Shown here: piece after piece, positions 33,785 to 35,929 of the stretch
Layout of the letters: every line of letters starts with the position of its first letter
Numbering within the stretch: the first letter of the stretch is position 1
NCBI GenBank assembly: GCA_026026165.1
Contig: JAPEUD010000040.1
Coordinates: forward strand, 186,001 to 221,929
Source: Sarea resinae
Lineage: Eukaryota
Reading direction: 5' to 3'
DNA: 35,929 bases
Made by a program: the position numbers and the translations under genes
The notes under the pieces: model-generated
What the model saw: the letters and a program-made list of their open reading frames with translations, nothing else
What the model was told of the DNA's origin: nothing
Databases searched by the model: none

Positions 33785-35311
33785 ATGTGTGTCATTGAGA
33801 CCTACGTCGACGTCTATCCCGACAACACTCGCTCCCGTCGAGAGCGCGTGGTACCCTGTGAGGTCAGCGATGGGATAAATCCATGTGGGCAATGGTGGCA
33901 TCAGAATCTAGGGGAGTGCGAGGTCCCTTTCCGGGAGCCTAATGTCATCACTATCGAACCACCCAAGCTACCTCCACCTCAACCTCCGCCTCAGCCTCGC
34001 CGTGAAGTGATCCACAGAAGACGGGATGAGACTAGACGCGTGTCAGCTCCGCAGAAAAAGAAACGCCTCTACTTGACCAAGGGGATGGAATTTGTGGTCG
34101 GATGGGGGAAAAGAGATAAATACGTCAAGGCAAAGATAACAGAAGAGGAGGAGGACGATATAATCACCGTTGGACCAGAGCGTCATGGCCATCACCGTCA
34201 CCATCATCATGATCAACCGCCAACTCCCCCGTTCGCGCCATTGCCGCCCATGCCCGACTCGCCAACGATGCACACTTTGCCATTCCGTCCCGGCCCCTCT
34301 CACCCAATAGGTGAACCAGTCATCATCCATCACCCTCGCCCAGACTACAGCCCCTCTCGTCTTCCTCCACGAGAACGCCAACATCGCTCCGAGGAGAGCT
34401 GCGAAGTCGAGATTGCATGCTCCGAGCGAACCCGCGACCGCGACAAGGATCGCGAGAGAAATCGTGAGAGAGATCGCGAAGAGAAGGAACGTCGTCACGT
34501 AGAAGAAGATCGCAGAAAGACAGCCGAAGCCGTCCGAAAAGCTGCCGAGTCTTTTAAAGCAGCACAAGAAGCAGAGGACCGTCTTCGTCGTGATCAGGAC
34601 CTTGCTCATGAACGCGAGAGACGCGAGCAAGAGGCTTTGGAAGCTGAAGAAAAGCGTCTGAAGTCGGAAGGGGAGCGCAGACGAGCCAACGAGCGTCAGT
34701 ATCTCATTGAGGGCGAAAGGCGACGCGCTTGGTTGAGGGCGAATAATCTACAGCGCGAGCTCGAGGATGAGGAACGCAGGGCCGAGCAGAGGGCGAGAGA
34801 AAGAGAACGCGAGCGCCAGCGCGAACTCGAACGCGAACGCGAACGTGAAGAAAGAGAATGTGAACGTGAACGTGAAAGAAGTCGTCTTCGAAGACTCGAG
34901 GATCGATCGAACACCCACGATCACGGTCATGGCCATGGAAGAGGCCGCAGGATCTTCCGCCAGACGCCACCGCCCGCTTCCCGCCGTCCCTCCGTCCACA
35001 TCCACCAAGAAGTCATCACGCACGAGAACGACATTCCCCCACCGGTGCTGGTGGCTCCGGCGGCGCGCATCGAGACCATTGAGCAAAGAGGCGAGAGGGT
35101 CCTGCGCGAAGCTGCCGAACGCAGGAGAGCGCAACATCAGCAACATCAGCAGCAGGCTGGTGGTGGCCTATGGAGACGCGGCACTTTTTCGGGTGGTGGT
35201 GCCAGAGCGGAAAGACCTCCCGCTCCTCCTCTTTCCCGGCCTCCCCCGCGTGAGAGAGAGAGGATCGTGTATGATGATGAGATCAGGTGGCGGCGGTGGA
35301 GGCGCTGGTAA
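33785..35311 (+). CDS. Uncharacterised 508-aa protein: Cys-containing N-terminus, Pro/His-rich segment, long Arg/Glu-rich helical region
   Basis: 1527-nt uninterrupted ORF with good start context (agccATG) and modular composition. No recognised domain. Confidence 0.75.
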   Translation: MCVIETYVDVYPDNTRSRRERVVPCEVSDGINPCGQWWHQNLGECEVPFREPNVITIEPPKLPPPQPPPQPRREVIHRRRDETRRVSAPQKKKRLYLTKGMEFVVGWGKRDKYVKAKITEEEEDDIITVGPERHGHHRHHHHDQPPTPPFAPLPPMPDSPTMHTLPFRPGPSHPIGEPVIIHHPRPDYSPSRLPPRERQHRSEESCEVEIACSERTRDRDKDRERNRERDREEKERRHVEEDRRKTAEAVRKAAESFKAAQEAEDRLRRDQDLAHERERREQEALEAEEKRLKSEGERRRANERQYLIEGERRRAWLRANNLQRELEDEERRAEQRARERERERQRELEREREREERECERERERSRLRRLEDRSNTHDHGHGHGRGRRIFRQTPPPASRRPSVHIHQEVITHENDIPPPVLVAPAARIETIEQRGERVLREAAERRRAQHQQHQQQAGGGLWRRGTFSGGGARAERPPAPPLSRPPPRERERIVYDDEIRWRRWRRW

Positions 35312-35929
35312 GAAGAGCGAAGCTGTCAGGCCGGCAGCGGGAAGGGTGGGCCTTCTGCCCCTTGTATCATATAGTTTCCTTGATTCTCTCTGTGTTCGTT
35401 TTGGCTGCGTCTGTTTGTTTTTTCGTTTTTTTTTCTGGGCGTATGCATTCATCTGCGTGTGTTTAAGGACCGGCTAGGGGGATTTTCCTTTGGTGCTTTT
35501 GGTTGTGTTGAGATGCTTTTTGTGAATGTTATGATACCACTATTGTACCGTCATCTAAGAAAGGGAAAGGGAAAGGGAACGGCAAAGCGAGGGAAAAGGA
35601 CAGGCAGGGGAAGATATTTGGATAACGATTTGTTAGGTTCGAAGAGGGGAGGGGGAACGGGTGGAAGGGGGAATGTTAGCATTGTACTATACCCATACTT
35701 ATACCCATACAGCGTCATCTATCACCGAGCTTACTTTACCTAGTGAGTCTATTTGTATAGCCTCAGATCCTTGATATATAATTCAAGAGATGCTTTGACT
35801 CGTGTCTGTGGAGTTCTCACTGCTCGTCGCGCATCATGCATTGTTGCGTAGTTTCGCTACCTATTTTATTTTTTTTGGGGAGGGGAGGCGGGGGGGGGGG
35901 GGGGGGGGGTGTAGGAAAAAAGGGAACCC

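Noticed and set aside
35876..35909. Poly-G run at the window end
   Set aside because: Simple homopolymer, possibly a sequencing artefact; no context to interpret.

Overview
Eukaryotic DNA from a filamentous ascomycete (Pezizomycotina-like: short GT-AG introns with CTRAY branch points, standard code, gene-dense). Splicing by hand gives 12 protein-coding genes. In order: a partial AMPK-beta-type carbohydrate-binding-module protein with a long E/K/P-rich tail (-), a family X DNA polymerase Pol4 of the Pol mu/TdT type (+), Pds5 (+), a secreted and probably GPI-anchored DUF4185-like protein (-), an augmin HAUS3-like subunit (-), an LrgA-LrgB fusion membrane protein (+), a CAX/Vcx1-family Ca2+/H+ exchanger with atypical alpha-repeat motifs (+), Xaa-Pro aminopeptidase pepP (-), Kre9/Knh1 (-), a Pho85-type cyclin (+) and an uncharacterised R/E-rich protein (+). 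That list is 11 genes; a twelfth is not supported, so 11 is the count I stand by. I saw no tRNA, rRNA, transposon or CRISPR array. Microsatellites are dense downstream of gene 3' ends. This looks like a core-genome region, and I found no convincing new multi-gene system. The best leads are the DUF4185/GH183-like surface protein, the motif-variant CAX, a possible dual-targeted pepP, the uORF-rich cyclin leader and a recurring TACGGAGTA intergenic motif. All family calls come from remembered motifs, not database searches.
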